Part shown: in pieces, positions 1 through 9,170 of the stretch
Numbering within the stretch: position 1 is the first letter of the stretch
How the letters are laid out: every line of letters begins with the position of its first letter
Origin: Candidatus Latescibacterota bacterium
GTDB taxonomy: Bacteria > Latescibacterota > UBA2968 > UBA8231
Length of the DNA stretch: 64,000 bases
Assembly (NCBI GenBank): GCA_965248265.1
Contig: CBDFJF010000002.1
Location: 928,001 to 992,000, forward strand
Direction of reading: 5' to 3'
Translations under genes and position numbers: made by a program
Notes under the pieces: generated by a model
The model's database searches: none
What the model was told of the DNA's origin: nothing
What the model saw: the letters and a program-made list of their open reading frames with translations, nothing else

Positions 1-409
1 GTTGCAGCTCGACGGAAGGACGGACACCAAATTCGTCGCGCATCTGGTCGACGATGGCATCCTTGACCTTGAGTGAAGCGAAGTGGGTATGATCGATTTG
101 GGAATCGGCAGAGAAGCAGTCCACGGCAAGGGTGCCATGGGGGGACAGGTGCTGGCTCCAGTCGACGGCGAGGGTGCCGTCGTAGAGTTCTTCTGGTGTG
201 GTTGCCGGGAAACGGCTCACAGGAAGCAGCACGCGGTTGGCGAAGCGCGACCACAGACAGATGCGGTAGGCTACCTCCATCCCACCATCGAAGGAGACCC
301 CGGAGCGGCCGGTCTCGACGTTCCCGGCCTGCATCGACGTCAGTTCGGTGGCGAGGAGTGGTTCCATGCCTCTGGAGACGGTCGCGAACAGGGACTGGTC
401 AGCAGGCAT
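1..409 (-). CDS. rlmL: 23S rRNA guanine methyltransferase RlmL/RlmKL, N-terminal THUMP region (partial, runs off the window)
   Basis: Manual translation from ATG 409: MPADQSLFATVSRGMEPLLATEL...VAYRICLWSRFANRVLLPV...ELYDGTLAVDWSQHL...HTHFASLKVKDAIVDQMR, the typical RlmL N-terminus. Absent from the ORF track because there is no stop in the window. Confidence 0.85.
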   Translation of the reverse strand, partial: MPADQSLFATVSRGMEPLLATELTSMQAGNVETGRSGVSFDGGMEVAYRICLWSRFANRVLLPVSRFPATTPEELYDGTLAVDWSQHLSPHGTLAVDCFSADSQIDHTHFASLKVKDAIVDQMRDEFGVRPSVELQ

Positions 410-816
410 CAGGGTGGATTCTCCAAGGGGCTGAGCGTGGCAAGCTGCGCCAGTGAGCCCGCCAGACGCTCTTTCAGTGAACTGGGACACATCCGAGATC
501 AGCAGTGGGCAGCCGTCGCAGGGTGTGGGTTCTGTTTTACGTAATTGAGCCAACGAGTTGGACCCCAATTACGGGCCACGAATGTACGCCAGTGAGAACA
601 TCGGCTGCAATCTGAGCAAAGATGTCCAAACGCCTTTCGCCAGGCGGTGGGCGCACTTAGAGCCGCTGTGGTCACAACGGCCGAGCCGGTTTCCGGCGGC
701 ATGCCCTGAAGGGTTCTGACACCCGGGCCACTTTGCGGGTAGCCGTTGTTACACCGGGGAAGATGCGTCATCAGCGCTGGCGAGTCTGACCTGCACACCC
801 CGCTTGAGACCGACCC

Positions 817-1700
817 GACGAGGTTCTGCCGCGGGTACCGGTGCGGCAGTGGGTGCTGAGCCGCCGCTATCGCCTGGCCTGGGACAAAGAGCTGGTCGGG
901 CAGTGCTTGCCGTCTTCCTGCGTGTCGTCGACGGTGAGGACGGTCCGGAATTCGTGCTGGCGCCACCACTGAGCGACGACGACGTGCAACAAATCGTCGA
1001 GACCACAGCCCAACGCGTGGTCCGCCTGCTGCCACGGCGCGGCCTGCTGGAAGAGGGCAATACCGATCCGCTCATGGAGCAGGAGCCACTGCTTGCCACG
1101 ATCAGGGCGGCTTCGATCCAGGGCCAGGTGGCCCCGGCGAGCGTGCCGGCTAACCCGTGAGCAGGCGCCTGCTCGATCCCCAGGGCATCCGCACCGGCCC
1201 CCTGTGCTTTCGCCGCGCGCGGCTTCTCCCTGCATGCAGCCACCCGCGTGACGGCCGCCGACCGCACCCGCCTGGAAAGGCTGTGCCGCTACGTCAATCG
1301 CCCCCCGCTGGCAGCGGGCCGACTGCAAATCCTGGATGACGATAGAGTGGCCTTCGACCTGAAAACAGTCTGGTCGGACGGCACCTATCGAATTGAGCTC
1401 TCGCCACAAGAGTTGATAGAGAAACTGGCCGCCCTGGTACCGCCACTGCGCCTCAACCTGTTGTGCTATCACGGCGTCCTGGCGTCCAACGCCGCCGACC
1501 GGGCACGGATCGTACCAGGCCCGAAAGAAGAGGCCTGCGAAGCGGACCCCTGTGCGCATGCGGTGCCCATCCCCGCCCAACGTCGGCACCGCCTGGCCTG
1601 GGCTGACCTCCTCCGGAGAGTTTTTCGAATAGACGTTACCGTGTGCCCGCCTGCGGTGGTCACATGAGAATAGTCGCCGCCCTTCGCCCCAGCACGGCCC
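817..1700 (+). pseudogene. IS91/ISCR-like (Y2 HUH) transposase remnant, frameshifted and internally deleted
   Basis: Fragments in several frames: DEVLPRVPVRQWVLS, RLERLCRYVNRPPLA, WSDGT...ELIEKLAALVPP..NLLCYHGVLA, WADLLRRVFRIDVTVCP/CGGHMRIVAAL. No HUH segment is visible between LAVFLRVV and DGEDGPEF. Confidence 0.85.
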
Positions 1701-1819
1701 GATCCCCAGCGCTGCGTCCCCATCTCCCGCTGGCAGCTGCCGTTCCGTCCGCAGGCGCTGATCCGGGCACCCTATCCGCTTGCCCATCGTTCATCGCACC
1801 ACGATACACGCAAAAGCAC

Positions 1820-1877
1820 GGCCCTCAACACCCTCGAAAAACCTCAAACGCGCTTGACGGACGCCCGATAACGCCCT
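1820..1877 (+). repeat. 58-bp dispersed repeat, copy 1 (putative right/oriIS end of the IS91-like element, interrupted by the IS110 element)
   Basis: 57/58 identical to 16524-16581. The continuation AACCACTACACATT appears on the far side of the IS110 element (~3466-3478). Confidence 0.85.
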
Positions 1878-2079
1878 GCTATGAGAAAGCCTTCTTTGTC
1901 AAATCAGGCCGACTTGTCGGCCGCGGCGGTGCGGTTTGCGCCTGATCTGCTGTGCCGGAGCTCATCTGCCATGCTGCTGCTATGAGAAAGCCTTCTTTGT
2001 CAAATCAGGCCGACTTGTCGGCCGCGGCGGTGCGGTTTGCGCCTGATCTGCTGTGCCGGAGCTCATCTGCCATGCTGCT
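1876..2079. repeat. Tandem duplication with 101-bp period covering the IS110 right end
   Basis: 1876-1978 is identical to 1977-2079. Confidence 0.95.
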
Positions 2080-2205
2080 ATGCGCACTCTGAATGGCCGT
2101 CGTTACGGCCGGTGCAAGTTTGGGTCCATCTGGTCACAGTGCTGCAATCTTTATATCGACCTTGCATGCAGGTCAGGGCATTATGCGCAGTCACCTGGGC
2201 CAGGG
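2060..2205 (-). ncRNA. Putative bridge/seek RNA of the IS110 element
   Basis: The non-coding region downstream of the transposase contains segments matching the target (2175-2184, 2149-2155) and the donor junction (2117-2125, 2075-2082), each pair flanking a stem. Boundaries are approximate. Confidence 0.7.
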
Positions 2206-2298
2206 CATGGAGCTCTCAGTGCAGAGAGGTCACTCGTTCACAATTGTTTGTCGCGATCGCCTTCTCCGTGTTCATGTTCCTGGTAACAGGGTCCTTGT

Positions 2299-3342
2299 TC
2301 AAGCGGCCTGTCGCGTGTCCTGTCGTAGCGGTTGATACTCGGCGCCGCTGATCCACAGAGTGTGCAGCAGCACCGCCAGCTTGCGGGCCACCGCCACGGC
2401 CGCACGCTTCTTCCCCTTCTTGCCACCCCGCTGCGCCAGCTGCAGTCCCCAATGCCGTAGATCACAATCGGGACCCAGCGGTCCCAACAGGTAGTGACCA
2501 CATTGCACCAGCAACTTGCGCAGCAGCTCATCACCCCGTTTGGAGATGCGCATCTGCGGTTGGCCATCGCCCGACTCGTGCTGGCGTGGCTTCAGGCCGA
2601 TGTAAGCACCGACCGAGCGACTGCTACGAAACCGATGCGGATCCTCCAATACCAACACGAAAGCCAACGCCGTCACCGGACCGACCCCCTTCACCTGGGT
2701 CAACCGCGCCGTGTCCGGATACCGGTCTCGGCAGTGACGCACCAGCGTCCGTTCGTACGCACGCAGGGTGCGCGTCAACGTCGCGATGGTCCGTAGCACC
2801 GGCCCCAGAGCCGGTCTTAGACTGCTGGGCACATGCATCACCGCCCGGGTATGGAAGACCTCGGCCGAGCACTTGGGAATGCGTGCCCCCATCGACTTTA
2901 CCGCACCGCGCACATGGTTGATCAGTTTCGTCCGCGTCCCCATCAGCCGATCACGTGCACGCAGAAACGCCAGGTCGACCTGGGCGTCCTCACTGCGATG
3001 CTGGACCGGGCGCAACAAGCGCGGATCGGAACGGCCCCAACGAGCCAACGATTCGGCATCGATCGCATCGTTTTTGTCTTCACCACGCCGGTGGATCGCC
3101 CGAGGATTGGCCACCAACACCGCATGGCCCAGCTCGGTCAGCAGACGACTCATCCACGGCGAGTGCGTACCGACCTCCAGCACAATGCGGGCTCGGTCCA
3201 TGCCCGTGAAACGACGCCGCAGCGCCGTCTCCGTGGTAGGCAATCGACCTTCCTCAATCACCTCTCCCGCTTCGTCCACTCCAAACACCTGAGAGTAGCG
3301 GTCGCTCACGTCCAAGCCTATCGTTACCTGTGGGAATGTCAT
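2299..3342 (-). CDS. IS110-family transposase/recombinase
   Basis: IGLDVSD, VLEVGTHS, KNDAIDAESLAR, GVGPVTALAF, AYIGLKPRQHESG, ISKRGDELLRKLL. An AGGAGG RBS precedes ATG 3342. Confidence 0.95.
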   Translation of the reverse strand: MTFPQVTIGLDVSDRYSQVFGVDEAGEVIEEGRLPTTETALRRRFTGMDRARIVLEVGTHSPWMSRLLTELGHAVLVANPRAIHRRGEDKNDAIDAESLARWGRSDPRLLRPVQHRSEDAQVDLAFLRARDRLMGTRTKLINHVRGAVKSMGARIPKCSAEVFHTRAVMHVPSSLRPALGPVLRTIATLTRTLRAYERTLVRHCRDRYPDTARLTQVKGVGPVTALAFVLVLEDPHRFRSSRSVGAYIGLKPRQHESGDGQPQMRISKRGDELLRKLLVQCGHYLLGPLGPDCDLRHWGLQLAQRGGKKGKKRAAVAVARKLAVLLHTLWISGAEYQPLRQDTRQAA

Positions 3343-3478
3343 TAGGCCAGCCTCCTTTGTTTGGGCCTCGAGCCCGGTAAACCCATGTTTGGAGACCAAA
3401 GTAGGTACTCCGTGCAAGGGGGGCTGGCTTTCTCATCCAATCTTTATAACAATCGCTCTCATAGAACCACTACACATT

Positions 3479-3514
3479 GGCGAATCGGACTCCAACGGCG
3501 AATCGGACTCCAAC
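3479..3514. repeat. 18-bp tandem duplication GGCGAATCGGACTCCAAC x2
   Basis: Read directly from the sequence. Confidence 0.9.
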
Positions 3515-3697
3515 GAGAAGTCCAGTTTTCTGGTAGGCCCTCGTTGTCGCCGACAAACGGATCAGTATTTCTTCGTCGAATGGAATCGCGAATCGATAGA
3601 CGTTCCTGCCACGTATCTTTCATTGGACGGTAACGGTGACTTCAAACATGGCTTGCATCCGACTTACTTCACTCGCGTGCGTTGACTGGAGGTAGCA

Positions 3698-4324
3698 ATG
3701 AATACCGAAACGAAGGTTGCTTTGATCGAGAAGTCGCCGGCCCTCATCGGTTTTCTAGTTCTCGTATCCTTCTTGTTCATATACTCCGGGAACATTGACA
3801 TGTACGTGGATCGCATCACTCGCTTCGAAATTGCCGGAATCTCATTGGAATTCTCTAAGAAGCAAGTCCCTGCGGCCTTTTCGGATGAAGTCGCGAACTT
3901 TAACCCGGGAAAAGCTCTGCGCAGTCGCATCGGGTACCTGTCAGCGCCCCTAAAAAGATCCACGATGCTTGTCCTTCACGACGAACCGTCAGTGGCCAAT
4001 TGGCTGGCTAACGTGTTCCGAGGAATGGGCATGACGGTGGATGTGGGCATCTGTTCCGATGGGGCAGCACCACTTCTCAACCACCACTACGATGTAATTC
4101 TCTCTGACATGAATTGGTCAAATTGCTCTATCGGTGCAAAAGACGCTGTCGATTTCCTTGACCAAGTGGATCCCTCTGGCGCGCGCGTTGTTTTCTACAT
4201 TAGCAATCTCATGGGTAACAGAAAGCATATTCCTTTTTACGCCCATGAACTGACCAATTCCTTCGAGGGAATGCTGAATGGTGTCTTGGATGTCATTAGC
4301 CGTAGCGAGAGACTCACCAACTAA
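3698..4324 (+). CDS. Membrane-anchored protein with an atypical response-regulator receiver-like domain
   Basis: GGAGG RBS; N-terminal TM helix; LVLHDEP...YDVILSDM...VVFY receiver pattern; no output domain. Confidence 0.65.
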   Translation: MNTETKVALIEKSPALIGFLVLVSFLFIYSGNIDMYVDRITRFEIAGISLEFSKKQVPAAFSDEVANFNPGKALRSRIGYLSAPLKRSTMLVLHDEPSVANWLANVFRGMGMTVDVGICSDGAAPLLNHHYDVILSDMNWSNCSIGAKDAVDFLDQVDPSGARVVFYISNLMGNRKHIPFYAHELTNSFEGMLNGVLDVISRSERLTN

Positions 4325-4396
4325 CAAAGGGCTCGAGTGCGACAATCGCACAGACAGGGTTTGAGTTGGCAAACGTCCAATAGTCTGTCTTGATGC

Positions 4397-4517
4397 CAAC
4401 TACTGGCGCGCGTGCATTGACATTACACAGTGCCCCGACTGCGGACGGCAGACGAAGGTTATTGCGGCTCTGACGGACCCTATCGAGATTCGGTCCTACC
4501 CCGGGGCGTCGGTCTGA
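4397..4517 (+). pseudogene. IS91-like transposase C-terminal tail, fragment 2
   Basis: QLLARV/IDITQCPDCGRQTKVIAALTDPIEIRSY, frameshifted. Confidence 0.7.
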
Positions 4518-4839
4518 TCGCAGCAACGCTTGATCCCAGAGGGTCGATGCGCCTGACATCCTTATGGGTCTGCAAAGGCGCCAAGAAAACCAGTCCGGTG
4601 ATGAATTTTCTGCCCGGGGCCTGCCGAACCCGACGAAACACCCATCCCCGCTCTCACAGAGTCCCGAGTTCCACTCGACACCAGGGCCATCCTTAGTCGT
4701 CGCCATCGCCATCGGGCGCTAATACACAGCGCGCGAATCAAGTCACATCTGCTCCAGTGCGGTCCCTCAGTTTGTAGGCGCGACGGGCGTTATAGGTAAC
4801 GGTAGAATTGGCGGCATTTGCGTGATTGCCCGTCAATCT

Positions 4840-5814
4840 CTAGCCCACAGATCCGGGCACATCGAATCCGTTTGTCGCCTCTCCGCCTGGGGCCGGCGGG
4901 TCGTCCTTGAGGGCGCTCTGATTGCCCATCAGATACTGCTCGGGGATCATGCGACAACCTTGCGACATCAGGCTCTTGATCAGCTCGTTGTTGCCGGTCC
5001 CGGATTGATTGAGGAACTGCTGTATCGCGTTGCGGTACTGGGCAGTATCGCCGCCGCGCCGCCGCCAGCGCATACCGGTGAATCCTGCCAGAAGGGTTGT
5101 CAGAGTGGCTCCACCGCCCAACACGTTTCTCAACATACCGGTAGCTGATAGATCGTCGTTGGTTTGCCGCAACTCCTGCTCTAGTTTTACCTTGAGCTTT
5201 CCCTTTGCGATCACTTCATCTTCAGCGCGTTTGGTTTCCTGGGTCAGCGTCTTGTCTTTCCTGGCGAGGCTGTCCGTCAGGACGTCTTCACGCTCCAACA
5301 AATCAACTCTCTCTTGCTTTGTCGCAGCCAACTGATGTTCGAGTTGCTTGATTTTGTTTGCCTGCTCGTCCAATAGCGCCTTGTCAAAAGCGGCCGCTTT
5401 TTCCTGTTCATTGACGGCATCATTGCCGAAAAGCTGGTTGACACTACGTGCGAAGTTGCGATGGTCGAGGTGCAGCTCGTCGCGGTATTCATCGCGAAGG
5501 ACTTCAGCCTGGGCTGTGACTTGATTGACCGTTGTTCCCAACGCGACCAGTTTCTCATTTTTTTTTTCTATCTCTTTCTCGAAATTTGCAGACTTCTCGT
5601 GTATGACCGAATCTTTGGCGGCCGTCAAAGCAATTCGCTCCTGTTCCAATTTTCTGATCTTGAAAACCGATGAATCGATTACCGCCTCTTTTTCTGCCTT
5701 CTCGGCTTCCAGTATTTGTATGTCGCCGCGTTGTTCGATGTTCTTCTGCACCGAGATGGTCGTCAGTAATAGTGACACCCCCCAGGATAAAACTTCCGAA
5801 AGCGTGAAAGACAT
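4840..5814 (-). CDS. Hypothetical coiled-coil protein with N- and C-terminal hydrophobic segments
   Basis: 324-aa ORF, E/K/Q/L heptad-rich, TM-like VLGGGATLTTLLAGFTGM followed by RWRRR; 14 bp downstream of the peptidase gene. Confidence 0.7.
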   Translation of the reverse strand: MSFTLSEVLSWGVSLLLTTISVQKNIEQRGDIQILEAEKAEKEAVIDSSVFKIRKLEQERIALTAAKDSVIHEKSANFEKEIEKKNEKLVALGTTVNQVTAQAEVLRDEYRDELHLDHRNFARSVNQLFGNDAVNEQEKAAAFDKALLDEQANKIKQLEHQLAATKQERVDLLEREDVLTDSLARKDKTLTQETKRAEDEVIAKGKLKVKLEQELRQTNDDLSATGMLRNVLGGGATLTTLLAGFTGMRWRRRGGDTAQYRNAIQQFLNQSGTGNNELIKSLMSQGCRMIPEQYLMGNQSALKDDPPAPGGEATNGFDVPGSVG

Positions 5815-5828
5815 GCGAGTATCTCCCG

Positions 5829-6707
5829 TTAAAATTCCCTAACATACTGGCTGCTGACCCAACCACTATTTACGTATTCCACCTTGCTCCAACCGTCTTT
5901 TCTCTCCACTACCCTCACTCGTGTGTCCCTGCGTAGTGGCCGCGCGACCAGTTCAGCACTGGGTGCGGCGCGGACCCTGAGGTTGTCGACGGTTACCTCG
6001 CCCTCTGCTCTGAATCCGTAGCTGTCGGGCTGGCCCGCCGCGGGGGATAACGGCGGGACCGTCCTCGTCCCGCCGAGGACAATTTCTTCGCCATCCGCCA
6101 TGCCCTCGGCCAACGCCTCGGTAGCACTGCGGTACTTGAGGTACTTTCTGTTGGTATAGCTGCCGACGAATAAGATCTGGCGCTTGTCCTGCCGGTCGGC
6201 AGCCGAGACGTGGATCCAACTGGGCCGGCCGAAATCCTCGCCGTACTCGTGGATGACTTGGTCGATGTCCAGATCGTGCAAGTGCAGGCAAATATAGGCG
6301 AAGAGATAGAAATTTTCGTTCACTTTGCCTCTGGGTGGTTTGCCCGTAGCTCTGAAAATTTCCGCATCAATGTCCTTGCGGATCTTGCTCGTCCCGTCGT
6401 CGAGGAGAAAGTTCGGTGACAGCTCGCAATCCGCTGCCTCCCCAAGGCAGTGCTGGGATGTGGCACTGCCGCCAACTAGCTTGTTTACCATGGGACACCG
6501 ATAGCCCGAATTGATTCTTATGGGATAGCCGATGCCGTGCCTTATAGGCTGGAGCACCTTTCTGACCAGATAGGCGACGCTGTTAAGGACCGACTCAGGC
6601 GGATCTTCTTGCTCCGCCTTCAGGCGATCGTCGCGTTCAGCAACATTAGAGCGGAGAAACTCCCCAAGGTTAAAATTCTTGCCCAAAGGCGTTGAATGGT
6701 CGACCAT
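5829..6707 (-). CDS. Peptidase M15A (D-Ala-D-Ala carboxypeptidase/endolysin-like) with C-terminal bacterial SH3 domain
   Basis: INSGYRC...SQHCLGEAAD...DQVIHEY...WIHVS Zn-peptidase motifs; NLRVRAAPS...DGWSKVEY..GWVSSQYV SH3b. Confidence 0.85.
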   Translation of the reverse strand: MVDHSTPLGKNFNLGEFLRSNVAERDDRLKAEQEDPPESVLNSVAYLVRKVLQPIRHGIGYPIRINSGYRCPMVNKLVGGSATSQHCLGEAADCELSPNFLLDDGTSKIRKDIDAEIFRATGKPPRGKVNENFYLFAYICLHLHDLDIDQVIHEYGEDFGRPSWIHVSAADRQDKRQILFVGSYTNRKYLKYRSATEALAEGMADGEEIVLGGTRTVPPLSPAAGQPDSYGFRAEGEVTVDNLRVRAAPSAELVARPLRRDTRVRVVERKDGWSKVEYVNSGWVSSQYVREF

Positions 6708-7271
6708 TTTATCCCCCTGATTATTGAGCTTTCCGACAGTTGTTTAGTTGGCATATACCAGATAGGCGATACATCCCTGCGGCACATCGCGGGAAAAACG
6801 ATTTGGCGAAGTATGCGAATGGGTGTTAGGCGCTGCAAGAAGATGCTGTAGCTGAATCAAAGAGCCTGAGAAGGTCAGGTCGAACCGCCTAAGCAAAAAC
6901 CGCATCCGCCCAAGCGTGTAGCCATAGGTTCGTGAAATGCCGTATCGTCATGGTTGCGAGCTTGACAAAAACTTAAGGAGCGACGGTAGAGCTCCAACGA
7001 TATGCGAATCATGTGAAGTTTACAACTGCCCAAACGATCCTCAGTACTTATACGGAGGGTACTTTGACTTCGATGCGGTGGCATGCTGAACGGGTGAAGC
7101 GATGCTCGCAGCGAGGCGAGCATCAACTCTGGCAAGTTGTTTGGCGGTGGGATTTCGGGCAAGCACAGCGTGACTGTCGGGTTGATCACGTCGGCGGTGT
7201 ACCTCGCTCCGTCAACGCTTCGAACGCAGTCCGAGCCGATCCACCAGCCACGTTCCCAAAGTCTGTCGCGG

Positions 7272-7365
7272 TGGCAATTGCTGTCGCGTGTGTTTTCCGT
7301 TGACGTTACAGAGTGCCCCGACTGCGGCGGGCAAAAGAGAATCATCGCTGCCTGACGGACCCGGC
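7272..7365 (+). pseudogene. IS91-like transposase C-terminal tail, fragment 3
   Basis: WQLLSRVFSVDVTECPDCGGQKRIIAA(L)TDP. The downstream non-coding DNA 7457-7590 resembles 4527-4660. Confidence 0.75.
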
Positions 7366-8016
7366 TGGGCGTTGGCCTACCGGCTCGGCCACGACCCATC
7401 GAACAGGAAAGGACATTCCAGCAATCCGAGTTCGATACGCGGCTTGATCACACCACCGCTTGATCTCACAGGATCGATGCGCCTGAATCGATCATATGGG
7501 TCTGCAAACCGCAATCCAGCCCAGCCCTGAATCCACCCTGGCCGTGCCCGGCAAGCCCCAATATACCCATGCCGCCCTCACAAATGCCTCAAGTTTTCAT
7601 TCAACACCAAGCCGCAAACGATCTTGACAATCTATGACGGGCCCTTATCGTTCTTCGTTCCACCCCGGGTATGGTTGAATAACAGCTTCTGTTGCTGAGG
7701 ATGGTAAATGGGTGCAGGAGTGTGACAATGACCTCATAGACAAAATCACGCTTCAGACCGACAGTACCTCCGATCGTCGTCTTCATCCGGCTACACCACT
7801 TGAAAACCTGTGTCCCGTACATGTCGAGTATGAGCCCCAGGCACTCGTTAAGCGGCAAGAGACAGGATGGATGGCCCGCACCTTCACACCTGGGATTGAG
7901 CCTGGTGAAAAACTGGTAGTGCAGCTTCAATGCGGTCCCCTGAAGGTCACTGATACTTCCCCAAGAGAGTGGACACCTCGAAGCGCCAAGTTAAATTTCT
8001 GGCAGGAGGTGTTCTT

Positions 8017-8304
8017 ATGTCACGCAAGTATGATCGTGAGTTTAAGCTCGAGGCCATTCGCCTGGCCGCAGAAGAAGGGGTATCGGCCCGAGGGGTCGAG
8101 CAACGATTGGGTTTAAGTGCAGGCATTATCAGTCGTTGGAAGAGAGAATTGAAGGTCCAAGGAGATGAAGCCTTCCCAGGTACCGGCCATTTAGGTGATC
8201 ACGACGAGGAGGTCCGCCGTTTGCGGCGTGAGCTGGCGCGGGTGTCCCAGGAACGAGATATCCTAAAAAAGGCGGCGGCCTTCTTCGCCAACGAGTCCAG
8301 ATGA
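8017..8304 (+). CDS. IS3-family transposase OrfA (HTH)
   Basis: MSRKYDREFKLEAIRL...ELARVSQERDILKKAAAFFA; AGGAGG RBS; A6G slippery site at 8265-8271. Confidence 0.92.
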   Translation: MSRKYDREFKLEAIRLAAEEGVSARGVEQRLGLSAGIISRWKRELKVQGDEAFPGTGHLGDHDEEVRRLRRELARVSQERDILKKAAAFFANESR

Positions 8305-9170
8305 GGTATCGCTTCATCGAGGTGGAGAAGGCGATGTACCCGGTCACTATGTTGTGTCGCGTGCTGCGGGTGTCGCGTAGCGGTTTCTACGCCTGGCAGC
8401 AGCGCCCGATCAGTCCTCGAGCTGAGCAGACTCGGCGACTGGATGTCGAGATCAACAAGTTGTTTGAAGCCAGCAAGCGGCGCTCCGGTAGCCCAAAGAT
8501 CACCCGCGCCCTGATAGACGGAGGCTGGCAGGTGGGCGAGAATCGCGTTGCACGGCGCATGCGTGTGTTGGGTCTGCGTTCGATTGTGCGACGCCGTTTC
8601 AAGGTGACGACCAACTCGCAACATCGATTTGCGGTGGCGCCGAACCGTTTGCAGCGCGATTTCACCGCACAGCGCCCCAATCAAGTGTGGGTCAGCGACC
8701 TGACCTACCTCAGCGTCGGTCGCGGCTGGTTGTATTTGGTCGTCGTCATCGACCTGTACTCCAGGCGCGTGGTGGGTTGGGCGTTGAGCTCGGCACTGGA
8801 TCACCGCGTGGCGCTGGTCGCGCTGCAGCGGGCTGTAGCTCAACGTCGTCCGCCGAGGGGTCTGATCATCCATTCCGATCGCGGCGTTCAATACGCCTGC
8901 ACCGCGTTCACTAACTGGGTCAGCAAACACGGCTTTGTGCAGAGTATGAGCCGTAAGGGCGACTGCTGGGATAACGCCGTGGCTGAGTCCTTCTTCCATC
9001 TGCTCAAGACCGAGTTGACCTACCACGAACACTGGCTCAACTACCGGGCCGCGTATCGCAGCCTGTTCGACTACATCGAGATTTTTTACAATCGAGAAAG
9101 GAGTCATTCCACCCTGGATTACGCAACACCCGCAGCATTCGAGCAGCATTCAACCAAACTTGCTGCTTGA
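8301..9170 (+). CDS. IS3-family transposase OrfB (DDE integrase core)
   Basis: WVSDLTY, IDLYSRRVVGW, HSDRGVQY, CWDNAVAESFF. Confidence 0.95.
   Translation: MRYRFIEVEKAMYPVTMLCRVLRVSRSGFYAWQQRPISPRAEQTRRLDVEINKLFEASKRRSGSPKITRALIDGGWQVGENRVARRMRVLGLRSIVRRRFKVTTNSQHRFAVAPNRLQRDFTAQRPNQVWVSDLTYLSVGRGWLYLVVVIDLYSRRVVGWALSSALDHRVALVALQRAVAQRRPPRGLIIHSDRGVQYACTAFTNWVSKHGFVQSMSRKGDCWDNAVAESFFHLLKTELTYHEHWLNYRAAYRSLFDYIEIFYNRERSHSTLDYATPAAFEQHSTKLAA

Larger units (their letters stand above)
1878..3443 (-). mobile_element. IS110-family insertion sequence, IS1111 type
   Basis: DEDD transposase; sub-terminal 11-bp inverted repeats ATGAGAAAGCC (1881-1891, duplicated at 1982-1992) and GGCTTTCTCAT (3426-3436), lying 3 nt and 7 nt from the ends; CT core at 1876-1877 and 3442-3443; long 3' non-coding region. 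Confidence 0.9.

Noticed and set aside
73-544. Plus-strand ORFs 73-456 and 83-544
   Set aside because: They are shadows of the minus-strand rlmL gene.
1876-2079. Repeat resembling a CRISPR array
   Set aside because: Two abutting identical 101-bp units with no spacers and no cas genes; explained by the IS110 end.
7712-7950. ORF 7712-8116 as a gene
   Set aside because: It reads into the IS3 left end and has no recognisable domain; at most a truncated fragment.
8199-9149. 316-aa minus-strand ORF
   Set aside because: Antisense shadow of IS3 orfB.
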